Below are positions 1 through 13,720 of a stretch of DNA of 64,000 bases, piece by piece; position 1 is the first letter of the stretch; the number at the start of each line of letters is the position of its first letter. Source of the stretch: Lama guanicoe (lineage: Eukaryota); NCBI GenBank assembly GCA_013239625.1, contig MU053482.1, forward strand, positions 1,277,168-1,341,167. The letters run 5' to 3'. The translations under genes were made by a program, and so were the position numbers. Below the pieces are notes generated by a model, which saw only the letters and a list, made by a program, of their open reading frames with translations, made no database searches and was not told the origin of the DNA.

Positions 1-59
1 CAAAACAAAAAAAAAAAAGCTAATGTACACCGAGCACTTAAGACATACAATATGAAATT

Positions 60-205
60 TTCTGTGAAATATTGATTACTCATTTAATCAAGATGTCAAC
101 CCTGTGGGTTAGGTGCTATTATCATCCCCATTTTTCAGATGAGAACACTGAGGCTCAGAGATCATACAGAAAATGGCAGAGCTGGCTTTGAACCCAGGGT
201 GTTGA
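60..205 (-). mobile_element. MIR SINE fragment
   Basis: Core motif ccccatttttcagatgagaacactgaggctcagaga...tttgaacccagg. Confidence 0.75.
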
Positions 206-1390
206 ATTGCTCCTGCCTGGTACTGTCCAGTGTGGTTCTTTGGGGTCCTAACATTCTTCTCCACTTTCCTGTGGTGGCTTACTTTCCTCTCTTCTTGCCA
301 GAGATCTGACTTCATGGGGAAAATGAGCAACAGAACGTCCTGTTCCCTGAGCTGTGCCCCCTTGGAATGTGGGAGCCCTGTCTCTGTTCTCTGCAGCACT
401 TAGGCCCATTGTGCACAGGCATGGGCTTTGCTGAATGAGCAGACAACAGCGCCTGCCTTCCATTCACAGGTGTGACCTAAGTCTCTTCTTAGGATTACTG
501 ATGCTGTTGTAAGTCTCTCCCTGCTACCAGGGAGGGGGTGGGAAGCAAGAAAAATGAGAAGCGGCTGCAAAGACGACAGTTTAGTGTAAAGACCTTTCTA
601 AGAGGCAGAGTTATCTAGAGATGGAACCAATTGCCATCCTTCCCACTAGAGAGGAGACTCAGCCTTAGGGGAGCGGTGGCTAGGCTGTATTTTTGGAGAA
701 ATTCTCCAGCCCTGAGAAGATGGCCTTCTGCACCTTGAATGGTGCTGGGTAGAACAGAACTAAAATGGTAAGAGACAGTGCCCCAGGCTCCTGGCATGGT
801 ACTCCCCCCATGACAGTGTGCCCGTAGCCTTCCTAGACAGGGCGCATTGGCTCACTTGAAATGTGAAAATGGCAGTTGAAGTCTGGATCACAGCCTCCCA
901 AGGAGAGCATCCCAGATGCGGACAAATGCAGATATAAGATGGCTAATACCTGCTGTGACTCACGGCTGCAGGGCACGTCCTGATGGAGTCCCCGCCATCT
1001 GTGTGCTCTCCCTGACACGGGGGGAGCCTTGAGCCTTCTCCAGGGCGGCTGGAGCTTCTGGAGCCTGGGACCACAGTGATGGTAGGAGAGGCGATCACTG
1101 TTTCGCTGCTGCAGGGGACTCTGGAGAGCCTTAGTGGCTTTTCATGACAGAAGCAAATGGGACCACATGCTGAAGATTCACGGAGGAACAGCACTGGTGC
1201 CAAGAGGTAGAGGCCATCAATGACGGTAGAAACTGCATGTCAGAAATCTAGGATGCCCGTGAGCGTGCTGTGCGGTGGTGGAGCAAGAGGATTTGGTGGG
1301 CATGTAACATGGAACTCTCAGTAATTTTTCCTTTGTTCTATATTTGAATTTTCAGTAGGAGAGGAGGAGCCTGAGCAGGAAGCAGGAGTC

Positions 1391-1454
1391 ATGGCTTCTG
1401 ATGCAAGTCACGCGCTGGAAGCTGCCCTGGAGCAGATGGACGGGATCATAGCAG
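1391..1454 (+). CDS. PPFIBP2: PPFIBP2 first coding exon, MASDASHALEAALEQMDGIIA(G); exon starts at 1356 or 1359 with a short 5'UTR part
   Basis: ATG in good Kozak context (gtcATGG); acceptor tttgaattttcag at 1355; phase-1 donor CAG|gtacgg. Confidence 0.95.
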
Positions 1455-3169
1455 GTACGGTCAGGGTCCTGATGACTGATGGCTGGTCCTCTGCCCTGAG
1501 AAACGGCTTCCTCTCACTGGACATTTCTTTCTTTCTTTTTTTTCAGTGCGGAGAGAAGCCCCCCCATTGGGTTTCTTTTAGTTTACTGTGTGTGCCACCT
1601 TTTTGAATGGTACAAACTTGGATTCTGATATCTGGCATGAGTCTAGGTCTCTGTTGAGACTAGGGATGCACCAGATATTAGCATGTGTATGACTGTGTCA
1701 CAGTTTGGGTCCTGGCTGCAAGGCAGTTTGGGCTCAGTCAGATTGATTTTGTCGTAAAATGTTCAGAGCACATCATGGCTCGTTGCAGTCGAGCTGAAGC
1801 TTGAAATCTTGCAGACTCTGCCGCCTACTGCAGGTGGCAGCTCCCTTTCCCAGCCAGACTCCAGTACGTTAGGGAGTCAGGAGGCAGGTTTGCATCGATT
1901 CACCTAATCACCTGACGAACGCTCTTTCTGCCGTATTGTTCTTTTTATCCATTGCAGCTGTTTGGCTTCATGTTTGCGTTAGCCAGTGAGGAACATTCTC
2001 GAGAAAAGGTCCAGAAAACTGTTAAGGGAAAAGGCTGCCAGCGGGCTGTTCAGGCTGATGAGCTCCCTGAAGGGGGCCGCTGAAGCCCGTATTAGTTAGA
2101 ACAAGCCTATTGTTGGAAATCTTTTCCCCAGAGGTCCCAGGTCTTCTCTCTGCCCTCCCTGATGTAGGTCAGAGGCCTTGTTTGCTGCCTGAACGTGCTT
2201 CTTTGGGGCTTTGCTCCTCGTTGTGGGGAGCGATGGCTGGAGGGGGGAAGTTTGGGCTGAGTGTGGTGAGACCCAGGACGTGCATGGGGCATCTGATGTT
2301 GCCCCTTTGCCTTTCCTTCCGTTCTGCAAAGATACCTCCTGTGCACCAAGGGTTCTGGGGCTTTGTGCGTAGGGCGAAGATGTGCTGTGTCTTAAAGATT
2401 CTTCATGTTTTGGTGGCCCTGTCACATATTCCAGCTGTCATCTCTCAGGCTCGTAATTTCTCAGTGGAGAGAAGGGCCCTTGAGAGGTGGTGACTAACAC
2501 CCCACTTTTCAGAGGTGCCATAGTTTGGGATGCTCTCCTGTAGGTTAGAGTCCCTGAAGCCCAAATGAGAGGAAACAGTCAAGAGTGTGGGTTTCCTAGC
2601 AATTCTTGTTCAGAATCTCACCTGGAAACTTCCAGCGCCTCAGGTACATTGAGATCAGAGTGATAGGGTTAGACTCTCAGACCAGCAAATGTTGTCAGCA
2701 CTGCTGAGCCCCCAGCCAGGGAGCAAAGAGGAGCCCCTGGAGGTGTGCAGGGCTCTTGGATGGCTGTGATGGGTGAATGGGCAGCCTTGTGTGGGGTTAG
2801 TTTCTCTTCCTACCTCCTAATTTCCCCACACAAGCCTTCCTGAAATGACAGAGCCTCTGGCAAAATCCCCTCTGTCGGTGAGAAAGGACTGCTCATCTGG
2901 TAGCTCGAGGGTGGAGGTGGGGGATACTTGCCGTGGTCTGGGATCTGTGATGGTTGTGGAGGGCGGGGCCCTGGTGTGGGTTGTGTAGGACCTGGGGCAC
3001 CATCCTTCTTCCCTTCCAGCATGACATGCTTTCTCCTCCTTCATTTCCTTAGGCCTCCACCCTGGGGGGTTCCTTCTGGAAAGGCTTCCCAGGCTTCTCT
3101 GAAACAGGCCTGAGAGTTTTGCAGAGAGTCAGTCTAAGACATTCCCAGGTGTTCTTTGTGGGTTGGTAG

Positions 3170-3370
3170 GAGGAACACCTGTAGCCAGCCTGCTCGGTTA
3201 AAATCCCAGATCTACAGCAAGCCACCTGCATGATCCATGCCTCAGTTTCTCCATATTTAAAATGGGGATGATGCTAGTGCTCATCTAAGAGGGTTGCTGT
3301 GCTTATGCATGTAAGGTGCTTAGAAGAGAGCCTGACACGTAGCAAGCGCTATAACATGTTAGCTCTTGAT
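3170..3370 (+). mobile_element. MIR SINE fragment
   Basis: gcctcagtttctccatatttaaaatggggatga...gtaaggtgcttagaagagagcctgacacgtag. Confidence 0.75.
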
Positions 3371-3499
3371 AAATCACTGAGGAACAAAAAAGTCTTTATA
3401 CCACACTAAGTCTTCTCTAGGGCTGCAGCCGAGTTCTCATGTATTCAGGCCCTTCGTCCATTTGGGTTTTGTGGTTTTCATTGTCTAAGGCTTGTGTTT

Positions 3500-4610
3500 G
3501 CCTCCTAGACTCAGCCCGGTCTCCAAGATGAACACATAGTCTTCTGAGTGGTCTCTGCTCTGCGCTTGCCCCCTTCTCACCATCTTCCACAAAGCAGCAG
3601 AGTAATCCCAAAAACGTAAATCAAATCACATCACTCTTTCCCCTCCAAAACTCTTCAGTGGCTTCTCGTCTCAGGATGAAAATCCAAAGTCCCCTGTCTT
3701 ACTAGATAAAGAAGATGTGGTATAGATATACAATGGAATACTACTCAGCCATAAAAAGGAATAAAATAATGCCATTTGCAGTAACATGGATGGACCTGGG
3801 GGTTGTCATTCTAAGTGAAGTAAGCTAGAAAGAGAGAGAAAAATACCATATGAGATCACTTATAGGTAGAATCTAAAAAAGGGACACAAATGAACTTACC
3901 TACAAAACAGAAGCAGACTCATAGACAGAGAGAACAAACTTATGGTTACCAAGGGGTAGAGGAGGTGAGAAGGGATAAGTTGGGAGTTGGAAAACTGCAC
4001 CTCTTGGGGAGTGATGGAAATGTTAGCTATCTTGATTGTGGTGATGGTTTCATTGGTGTCTACATCTATTAAAATTCATCAAATTATATATCTGAAATAT
4101 GTGTAGTTTACTGTATAGGAATCATACTATAATAAAGGTATTTTTAAAAACTTAGAAACAAAGGAAAAAACCAAAGTCCCCATCATGATCAGTAGTGCCA
4201 TATGTGATTTGGCCTCGGGCTGCCTTTGGGACTGCACCTCCCACCACATCCCCTGGCTCATTCACTGAAGCACTGGTGTCTCAGGGCCTTTGTGCCTGCT
4301 GTCCTCTCTGTTGGGATGTTCTCCTCCGAGTGCACTCAGGTCAGATCTCTGCTGAAATGTCACCATGGTAGAGGCCTTCCCTGACGCCCTCTAATACAGC
4401 ATCCCTGCTTCACAAACCCCATCCTTGTGTCCTGGTTTTATTTCTTCATAGCACTTCCCACCAGCTGACCTATGATGTGCATATTTGTCTCTTTGTTTAT
4501 GATCTGCCTCCTGCACCAGAATGGCAGCTCTGACAGCGAAGGCTTTGCAGCTCCATCTCTAGCACCTCTTGGTGTGCAGCACAGAATAGGTGCATCAGGT
4601 ATTTGTCGCT
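3500..4610 (+). mobile_element. L2 3' region, interrupted by an L1 insertion at 3695-4165
   Basis: L2-type motifs aaatcaaatcacatcactct, aaaatccaaagtcc, ctcagggcctttgtgcctgctgt, aaatgtcacc...agaggccttccctgac. Confidence 0.7.
3695..4165 (+). mobile_element. 5'-truncated, chimeric-looking L1 3' end
   Basis: ataaagaagatgtggtat...caatggaatactactcagccataaaaagg; TSD aaaa(t/a)ccaaagtcccc at 3679-3694 and 4166-4181. Confidence 0.85.
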
Positions 4611-5059
4611 TTGGATTTTATTTACTTTTGTGAGTAAGCTCCCCTTTACATCGATGAGGAGGCGGCTATTGGTCTCTGTACCTGTCCTCTATCTGGCTGT
4701 GGACTGAACCTTGTGGATTATTTTCTCCACTCATGCCTTTGTTTGGCTGATTCTTTTGGAATAACAACTCGCTAATTTTTCTGAAGGCTCCAGGGGTTGG
4801 CGCATCCTGTGAACCATCTCTTAAGCAGTAATTGGCTCACACAGACGTTTGACAGGAGCTATCTGGCAGATAATTCAACACTGAGGTTATTAGTGTGTGT
4901 CTGGAGGGCATATGTTCTCTGCTGTTTGCGATGAAAAGAATGATAATTATTGAATTATGTATGGGATACTTTTGCTCCAGATTATTAATAACATCTTCAT
5001 TTTCAAATTGGCTGGCCCAAATGGGGCCAAAGATCTGAGGGGTTTTTGTGGTTATTAAT

Positions 5060-5260
5060 GTGGACTGCAGAGTTAGACTGTTGGGGTTTGAATCCCTGCT
5101 TAGCTACTGACTACCAGCTGTGGGATCTTTGGGCAAATTGCTCTGAGCCTCAGTTTCCTCAGATATAAATCAGTGGTAATAATAGTACCCATCTTCTATT
5201 GTTGGGAAGATTAAATTAAGGGAAAGAAGGTGCTTAGAACAGTGCTTAGTTGGTCTAAGT
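5060..5260 (+). mobile_element. MIR SINE fragment
   Basis: gggtttgaatcc...ctctgagcctcagtttcctca...gtgcttagaacagtgc. Confidence 0.75.
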
Positions 5261-7796
5261 TAGTCTTTGGTTGGTTGATACTCAGATTGACTTTATTTTT
5301 GCCACCCCAGCTCTCATGCTGGTAAACAGCAGAGCTAAGATTTGTGTCCAGGACCTTGTGAGTCTCTTCTGGGCTCCTTCCATTCCGGGGATCGGTTTCA
5401 TGGTGATGTATGGTTGAGCGCCGGGGGTCTGTGGGCCTTCTGCAGGAGCAGAGAGTTAACCGGGAGGGTCCAGTCCTGCTCCTGGTCCCTTGGCCACAGT
5501 GACTTTGGTCTCTTTTCTTACACCTTCGACTTCCAAGAGCGGCTTCCTTTGTTTAAGGGAGGAGCAGCTGAAGGAAAGTTTGAAGACTGTGGGCACCCCA
5601 GCATGATACACAGATCCTGCAGAAGTGACTTTTTTTTTGTGTGAACATTTAAATCATTCTTTATTTCTGTTCTTTCATTAATGTGAAATTGAAGGATGTC
5701 AAGTGGTGCCGCCAACACTTCCCTCCCACACGCAATTGCTTTTGCATCTGTTAAAATACTCAAACGAGTGCCCAAGGACTGTATTCTCTCACTTTATAAA
5801 AACACAATGACACTTATTTCAGTGGAAGAAATTTTTACGGGATTCCTATATTATGCCTCAAATAGCAGGCGTTTATGCAAGAAACAATGTGGATTCCTAC
5901 GAAAACAGGCACAAATCCTTCAGTGTTGATTATTAATCATAACACACGATAACAAGGAATTTCCCTTTATTAATTACTGTCTAGTATGATAGGCTACTCT
6001 ACACTTTGCAAAACTTTCCAAAAAGTTTACCTAGGGCATGTGATATCAATGTTTATGTAATTAAGCCTTGAATGCAAAAAAGGTGCCCCCCTCTTCCAAT
6101 CAATGTCAACAGTGCAAACAGTGCAGGAGATTCTCACTTGTAGAAGCAACCAGGCCAGGGATGCTCAGAGGATGTCCTGATACATAAGTGCCAAATACTC
6201 CCTCTCAGAGCTACGCAGGGTGACCCTCATCTCCAGTCACTCATCGTCTCTGGAGGTGTGAGAAAAGGAAATGCCTTGTAAGCAGAAGTAGGAAATGAAG
6301 CAGAAGTGGTAAGTGAAACTCCTTGCAAAGTTGAATTCTTGAGACCTTAAATGGGTGTATCTTGAATGGGACTGCACTTAATTAGAACCTGAGAATTTTA
6401 TGCAGAAAGCTGGGGAGAGGTGACTGTTAAAAGACCCAGGACTTCTGTCAAAATTATTTGTTTCTAATACAAAAGACCATTATCATAACTTCCAGTGTGA
6501 TGTTAACCTTTGAACTAGTCTCCCTCCCTCCTAAGTAGTCACTGTGCTTTGGCCTGCAAATAACACCGTAATTGAATTACACTGTTGACGATTGCAATTG
6601 AACTCTAGATTGCTTAATTACATCCCTCTGGATGGCCCAGAGCAACGGCCACAAATGCTAATTTTGCGTAGGGCTTAATGTGTGGGTTAACAGGGTCAGT
6701 GGCTGCTCTATGAGGCCACATGTGTCATAGGACCAGAGAACCCCCTTATTCTTCTTCCTCGTGGCCGGAGGTTAGTCATGCGGTTCCCTGCAAGCTTTAC
6801 ATGTCGTTGAGGAATAGTTAGAAGGAGTCTGTTTGACGACAGTTAAACAAAGAGGTTGCTCTGTCTGGGCGATTCTGCCAACTCTGATTAGTATCTGTTT
6901 TTTGTTTTGAGGTTTTTTTTTTATTTTTAAAGATTGTGTGGGGGCGGAGAAAGTTCTGATCAAGACTGAGGTTACTCACTTTGGCCCATGATTGATTTCA
7001 GCTGTGACGTTAAAGGCTACCTTTGAGTTGAGGCTCTGAACAATTAGTTGGTCTTGGCCCCGCCCTCTCCCGGGGGAATCAGCTCAGAGCAATTGTCAGT
7101 AACCCGGCCTCCTGGTTCCCAGTCAGGATTCAGGCTGAGACTGCTCTGCTCTGACCTTGACCCCAGGAGAGTCAGGGCAGAGTTTTGGAGGTTTCTAGTG
7201 GGCTGAGACGTCAAAGACTGCCCTTTGCATCAGAAGGCCCCACAGTAGGGTGGTGAGCCCTGTCCAGCGGCCATCCTTCTGGTGTTGGGAATTCCCTGGC
7301 CAGCGGAGCCCGCCCCTCAGTACTTTGTGGCTCCGTAGCCTCACTTTCTTTTCTCTGAAAGTGTGAGTAAAATTGGAATTATCGTTTGTTCCTAAAATGC
7401 TCTCTATAGTTGTAATTATAGGAACTGACCTGCAAAACTGTGTGGACCTGGTATTTTCTTATTGGAAGATTGTCTTTTTAATGGTTATGGACAGTCAGGT
7501 TTTAATGTCTTCTCGATTGAATTTTGGCAAGTTAAAATTTTCTAGATATCTGTGTATTTTACCAGTGTTTTCCATTTTGTTACACGTGGCTTTCGCATTT
7601 TACCTTTTTGAGATCTGCTATATGTTATTTCTGTTTTTATTCGTAATACTGCTTATTTGTGTCTGCTTTCTACTTTTTGATCAGTCTTACTGGAGACCAT
7701 CTTTGTTATTACTGTTTTCAAAGAACTGACTTTTGTTTTGCCTGATCAGTCACCATAGAATATGTGTATATTATTTACTCTGCAAATAGATAAATG

Positions 7797-8266
7797 TGTA
7801 TTAGTCCAGGTTCTTCAGAGAAATTGAGCCAATAATATGTGTGTGTGTGCGTGCGCACATGTATGTGTATGTATATGTAGAGGGGGAAAGAGACAGAGAC
7901 AGAGTGAAAGAGAGAGATTTATTTTAAAGAACTGGCTCTCATGATTGTGGAATGGCAAGTCCAAAATCTGTAGGGTCGGCCAGCAGCCTGGAGACCCAGG
8001 GAAGAGCCACTGTTGCAGTTCAAACCCTAAGGCCATCTGCTGGCAGATCCCCTCTTCAGAAGGTCAGTCTTTTTTCATTAAAGGTCTTCCACTGATTGGG
8101 TGAGACCCACTCACATTACGGAGAGATATCTGCTTTAGTTAAAGTCTCCTGATTTAAATGTGACTCTTATCTAAAAAATACCTTTGCAGAAACATCTAGA
8201 ATAATGTTTGACCAAATATCTGAGTACCATGGCCTAGCCAAGTTGACAGATAAAATTACCATTGCA
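7797..8266. mobile_element. MLT2 (ERVL) solo LTR
   Basis: TGtattagtccaggttcttcagagaaa...(TG)n/(GA)n...gaaacatctagaataatgtttgaccaaatatctg...gcctagccaagttgaca...CA. Confidence 0.85.
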
Positions 8267-8395
8267 GTATGTATCTATGCTTAATGTATATTCATGTTTA
8301 ACTTCTTTGAAAAGCTGTTCTTTATCATTTTCTTCTCTACTTAGGTTTTGAAAGAGAACAAATACATTCAAGTAACAAATCAACTGATAATATAT

Positions 8396-8525
8396 AATAA
8401 TATATATTTTAGGTAATTAGGTTTTTATTTAATTTTTTAATTTATTTAATGGAGATACTGGGGATTGAACCCAGGACCTCATACATGCTAAGCCAGTGTT
8501 CTACCACTGAGCTATATACCCTCTC
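8396..8525 (-). mobile_element. tRNA-derived Vic-1-like camelid SINE
   Basis: A/B-box tRNA head on - strand; perfect 12-bp TSD ctgataatatat at 8384-8395 and 8526-8537. Confidence 0.9.
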
Positions 8526-9709
8526 CTGATAATATATTTTTTAAATTGATTGCTAACTTAATTGTGTTGTGGTTAAAGTGGTCTCTGATACTTACATTTT
8601 GAAATTTGTTGATACTTGCTTTGTGGCCTTGACTAGAACAGGGTTGGTTTTCATGAATGTTCCACGTGTACTTCCAAGGAGTGTGCATTTTTCCAGTTGT
8701 TAGGTGCATGTTCAGCATTTGTCCATTACATCCAGCTTGTCTGAACCTTTTCTGTCATTACTGATCTTTTCTGTCCTCTTAATCTGATCCGTTTCTGAGA
8801 AATGCATATTAAAATTATCCTACCAGATGGTGTATTTTGTCTCTGTATACGTCTGGATATTTTGCCTTATATTATTAATTTGTGTTTTTTATTATATGAA
8901 TACACTTGTAGAATTATATCTTTGTGGCAAATGCTTTTTGTCATCATATAGTAACACTTCATCTCTAGCAACGCTTTCTGCCTTGAAGAATATTTTGCCT
9001 AATGTTAATCTATCTGTCCCAACTTTCTTTTGGTGGTTTATTTATTATTTTTGGCATTGTTGTCTTCCATCCTTTTTCTTCCAAGCTCTCGATGTGCTTT
9101 TGCTTTGGGTGTGTCTTTTGCCCATGGAATCTAGATGCCTTTTTACTTTTTAACCAACTTGACAAAATCTGTCTAATTTTAACTGGCCAGTTTAGTCTGT
9201 ATACATTTGGATGATTAGTCCATCTGACCATTGTTCCCCAATTTTATTTTTTGATTTTACTTGTGCCTCTCTTTCTGTGCTTCCCTCACCCCTCTTTTAA
9301 TGTTTGAAAACATTGAACTGTTTGTGTTCTTAGTCCAGAATCAAGGCCAAGTTTCCTTCTATGGGGAGATTTTTTTCTAACTGATTGACGGAGGGTATTT
9401 ATTGTCCTTTTGCGTCCTAGCTCTATGCAGTGGTCTCCCATCTGACCTCTCCTTTTGCTCAGGCCCTGCGCTTTGTCTCCTGTCCTCAAGTGGCCCATTC
9501 AAGCTCAGGTGTCAGATCATCAGGCAATTGATCTACAGATCAGACATTAGCTCGGATGCTCCCTTTCTTCTGAAGTACTGAGCTTTGACAATTTCCTTCA
9601 GTTCAGTTGCTTTAAAAAGTGTATGTATGTGTGTTTTGAATTTTGGGCATATTCTTTGAGGTTTTTCTCAGTGCACCTAGTCTGTCATCACTTGCCCTAT
9701 TGCAGTTAT

Positions 9710-10107
9710 AATGCTGTCACCTTCCTTGGGTCGCAGTCCCGCCCTCCATCTTCAAAGCCAGCGTCACATCTCTCTGATTCATTCTTCTGCCTTCCTTTTC
9801 TGATTTATGAGCTCATGTGATTAAAAATCCAAGATAATGCCACGCTCAGATAGGAGACTACACAGGGCATAACCATCTGGGGGCGAATCCCAGGAGTGCC
9901 TTAGGGTCTGCCTGCTGTGGAATTTACCCTAATCCCAGCTTCTGTCTCTCAGCCTGTAGTTTAACTTCCTCCACAGCCTTCTGGGGCTCGTGATTCTCAG
10001 TCACATCTGTAAAGTCCCTTTTGCCACATTAGGTAACAAACACTTCCATAATTTCCATGGATTGGGATGTGGACCTCTTCGGGAGGGTCTTTATTCTGTC
10101 TATCACA
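9710..10107 (-). mobile_element. MLT1 (MaLR) LTR fragments
   Basis: ccctccatcttcaaagccagc...gtcacatctgtaaagtcccttttgcca...ttattctgtctatcaca. Confidence 0.7.
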
Positions 10108-13100
10108 AAGATCGATAAATAACATCCCTTTATTCCCTTCCTTAATTTGGTTTTAATTAAGGAACAGACAAGTCAGACAGAAGAAGATCAAAATATCAGC
10201 TTTAACATTAGCTTTTAGGAAACTAGTGATTAGGAAAGTAAGGCACATACCCCAAATGGAACTTAATTCCACACTATTAGGCATCCACCTTGCTGGGGCA
10301 GAGCTGGTCTCAGACAGCTTCCTCGGAGGGCAATGCTTGTTCACAGGGATGGGCAGCTCCAGAGAGAATTCCATCTTCCAGCTCTGTCATCAAAGGAGGT
10401 CTTCCTCCGTTGAGGACAAACTGAGTGAAGGGAGGCAGGTGGAAACCACTCTCCCCTCCCACAGAAATATGGAGGCTGGAATTGGACCCATCATAGTGAC
10501 TCTTGATTTCTGTTGCAACTTCCTGTGTGGCCTAGTCTGAGGTCAGTTTTGAAATGCTTTATATGTGCTTGAATAGAATGGGCCATCTCTGGTTGTTCAG
10601 GGCATAGTTCTTTATGTTTCTTTTATTGTTCTGATACATCATCACTTTGTTTTTTCTTTTTGGGTCTGCTTGATCTGTCATTTCCCAAGGGAGAGGGTCG
10701 TGATGTGTTATCTTTTTTATAAACACTGGGTGATTTGGTTTTGTAAATTTCTGTTTAGAGTTTGATAAGTTCATCAGTGAGAAGGCTTATAATTTCCCTT
10801 TGTGGTACTCAGCACTGCCCAATTGTTCAGTTCCAGGGGGCACCATTCACACGCTGATCTGTAAGTTTTACTGGTAGGTATAGCTCTCCTTATTGAGAGA
10901 GCTGGGAGCAGGCCCTCCTTTTCTACACTGAACACAGGTGTTCGATTAGAATTATTCACTTCCTGAACGTTTGCTGGAGCTAACTTGTAAAAGCATTTGG
11001 CCTGGCATTATCTCTGTGAAATATTAAATTATGGTTCAGTTTTTAATAGGACTATACAGATGATTTTTTGTTTGCTTTTCATCATTTTATTCAGTGATTG
11101 TGTATATGTGACTGGTTTTAATATTTTGATCAAAGTACCTACTCTAGTGTATGAAATCCTTCATTTTATCTTTTTGAACACTACCTTTTACTCATTCTGT
11201 GTCATAACTTTGTATTCTCTCTTAATAATCAAATAACTGAATTTCTTTGTTTTACTATTTGTATTTTTGAGTTTAAATAGATGAGTTTAATGCATTTATA
11301 ATAATTATAATTACTAGTGTGTAGGGGTGTGTGTGTGTGCTTATTTCTTCATTTTATGTTGTTGTTTCTTTTTTAAAACACCTTTATTATAGTATGGTTC
11401 CTGTGCAGTTAACTATGCATATTTGTTCTCTCAGGTCAGCCTCAGGTCAATCAAATTAGGACCTCAGGAGGTGGGACTTAGGCACCTGTAGTTCGTAAAA
11501 CTCTCCTGGTGATTTCAATGTGCATCTATAATTGAAACCCTTTGTGCTAATCTATCTTCTCTAAAGAATGCTTTGTTGTTCAAGATAAAGTAGTTGAGAG
11601 ATTGCCCCCAAAGAGAAACTTTATTAGGGCTTGAATATGAGGTGAGCGCCTCTTTTTTGAGAAGTAATTTAGGGATCAACATGTTGCCTTATGTCATTGT
11701 CTCTTTCGTATTGTTTTGTTAAACCCAGGTATGAGGCTATGCGTTTTCTTATTTGTTGCATGTGATAGTCCCATTTTGATGTATTTCCCTCTGTGATTGT
11801 GGGTTTTCCATCAGAGCTAATCATCTGTAGGGAGTGTGTGTGGAGTGTGGAATTGAGTCCTCTGGGTGATTTTTGCCCTTGCTAATACTGGGCCTTAGGA
11901 GTTTCCCCATTCTGGCCCATTTCGTGAGCCTGTGTGTTGATGTTAAAGAAAAAGAAATTAGTCTTCAGTGTATGCCCACATGCAAAAATAGGCCCAGATA
12001 CACATGCACTCATACACATATACACACAAACACACAGTTTGAATAGTAAGGAAGAATCTCAAAGCTTTAGGGCAGGGAGGGGCCCAAAGAATGGAAGGGA
12101 CTTGTCCAAGGCTATAATGTGATATAAAGTTAATGAAAATCTCAGTCTTCCCATCTACTCCTAGCCTGACTTAGCCTACATTTATAAAGGGGTGTGTGTG
12201 TATGTGTGCATGTATTGGAGTGTGTCCAGAATGGAGAGGGATTACTTAGCAATTGTTTGGAGATCGAGGGTCTTGCCCTGCTTTTGTCCATTTTCTTTCC
12301 TGAAGTTTTTGGCTCTGGCCCCTCCTGGTCAACTCTAAATTGGATTTGTAGGAACCAGAAAGTGCTGAGTACACATCAGAGTGTGTGTAATGGGGCCGTT
12401 TCCTAGCTCCCCAGAGCCACGGACTTGTTTGTGGATTGTGATCCACGATTCTCTCTATCCTGCACTTTCAGAAAGCAAACCGGCAATCAAATAGTAATTG
12501 TTTCCTTCTGTGTGGATTTCACATTCCAAAGACTGCCATGGCAGTGGGAAGTTGGCTTTTCAAAGGGTAAAGGAACCTGGAATTAGAGGTCGGCCCTGCA
12601 GTGTAACCGTGGATGTGGTGGCCCTACGGCATGCATTTCCAGCAGAGTCCTGATTTCACATATTTGATTCTGTTAGCTATATAAACAATCCAATTGCCCT
12701 AGAAATTCTACCATGAACCATATTTTCTAAAGGGTTTCTTACTGATGGAAGAAGCATAGAAATCCTTTGTTGGACTGTGTTGCCCCAGTTTTGGTTTGAA
12801 AAATTTATCACTGTACTTACGCAAAGAAGACTTTTTTTTTCCCTTTAATGGTAGGTTTTAGAAAGGCAGAAACAGTCCTGTTCAGAACATGTCAGTTTAG
12901 AAACAGCTGACCCGATATCCCAGATCTCTGTGGAAATCCAAGCCCTCTTCTCCTTAGCTATTCATGCGAGCATATATAGAAACAGTCAGATTCCCCCTTC
13001 CCATCTATTGGGCAGTGGGCATGATGCTGGGAGCTGGGCTGACAGGGGCTCTACCCTCAGAGACTTCACAGCCCGTAATGGGGAGATGAGATGTGGATAC

Positions 13101-13149
13101 ACACAGTAATAAATACAAGACAATAGTGTGAGTGTGTCAGAGGATGCAG

Positions 13150-13356
13150 ACATCTCCCAGCCGGGAAGATGCAGGAAGATTGCAGTTCACTCAGCCCTCA
13201 CCAGGACCAGCACACATCACTTCCTTTGCATCCTATTGATCAGAGCAAGTCACTTGACTCCCTCCCCGGGTCAGAAACCAGCCCAGGATGAGGGGAGTGG
13301 AGTGCACACACGAGGATGGGGTGAACTTTTGGTGGCTATCTATGCAGTCTACCACA
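13150..13356. mobile_element. Old MLT1-type LTR fragment
   Basis: catcacttcctttgcatcctattgatcagagcaagtcac...gcagtctaccaca. Confidence 0.55.
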
Positions 13357-13720
13357 TTAACTAAAATAGGATAAGCTGATACATCTCAAAGCTGAAGAAT
13401 GGCATCGCATTGTTTTAGTGCGCATGTCTTTGGTCGCTGGTGAGGTCGGGCTGTGCTTTACCAGTTGTCTAAGGGTGTGAGCTTCCGTCCCACTGGGCAC
13501 AGTCATCTGCCTCTGACAGGTCTCTCCTATCATGCCCAGCCCAGGATGACAGATGATTTCTGCAAAGTTCACTTTGCGAGTGATTCTCCTGAGGCAGGAG
13601 TGGTCTTCTAGGCTCCTTATTCATCCCTTTCCCCTCCCCTTTCACTACATTTGCTCGTTATGTTTTTTGCCCATGGCGTCTACCCTTCTTACCGCAGTTC
13701 CTGCTTCTCTCTTGTTCCAG

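Larger units (their letters stand above)
7340..9300 (-). mobile_element. Old antisense L1M fragments hosting nested MLT2 LTR and SINE
   Basis: T-rich degenerate L1-like sequence (ttttcaaagaactgactttt; tttgaaatttgttgatacttgctttgtggcct; aatgttccacgtgtact). Confidence 0.6.

Noticed and set aside
7373..7729. Hydrophobic ORFs resembling membrane proteins (also 8827-9153 and 10997-11236)
   Set aside because: Translation artefacts of T-rich, antisense-L1-like DNA.
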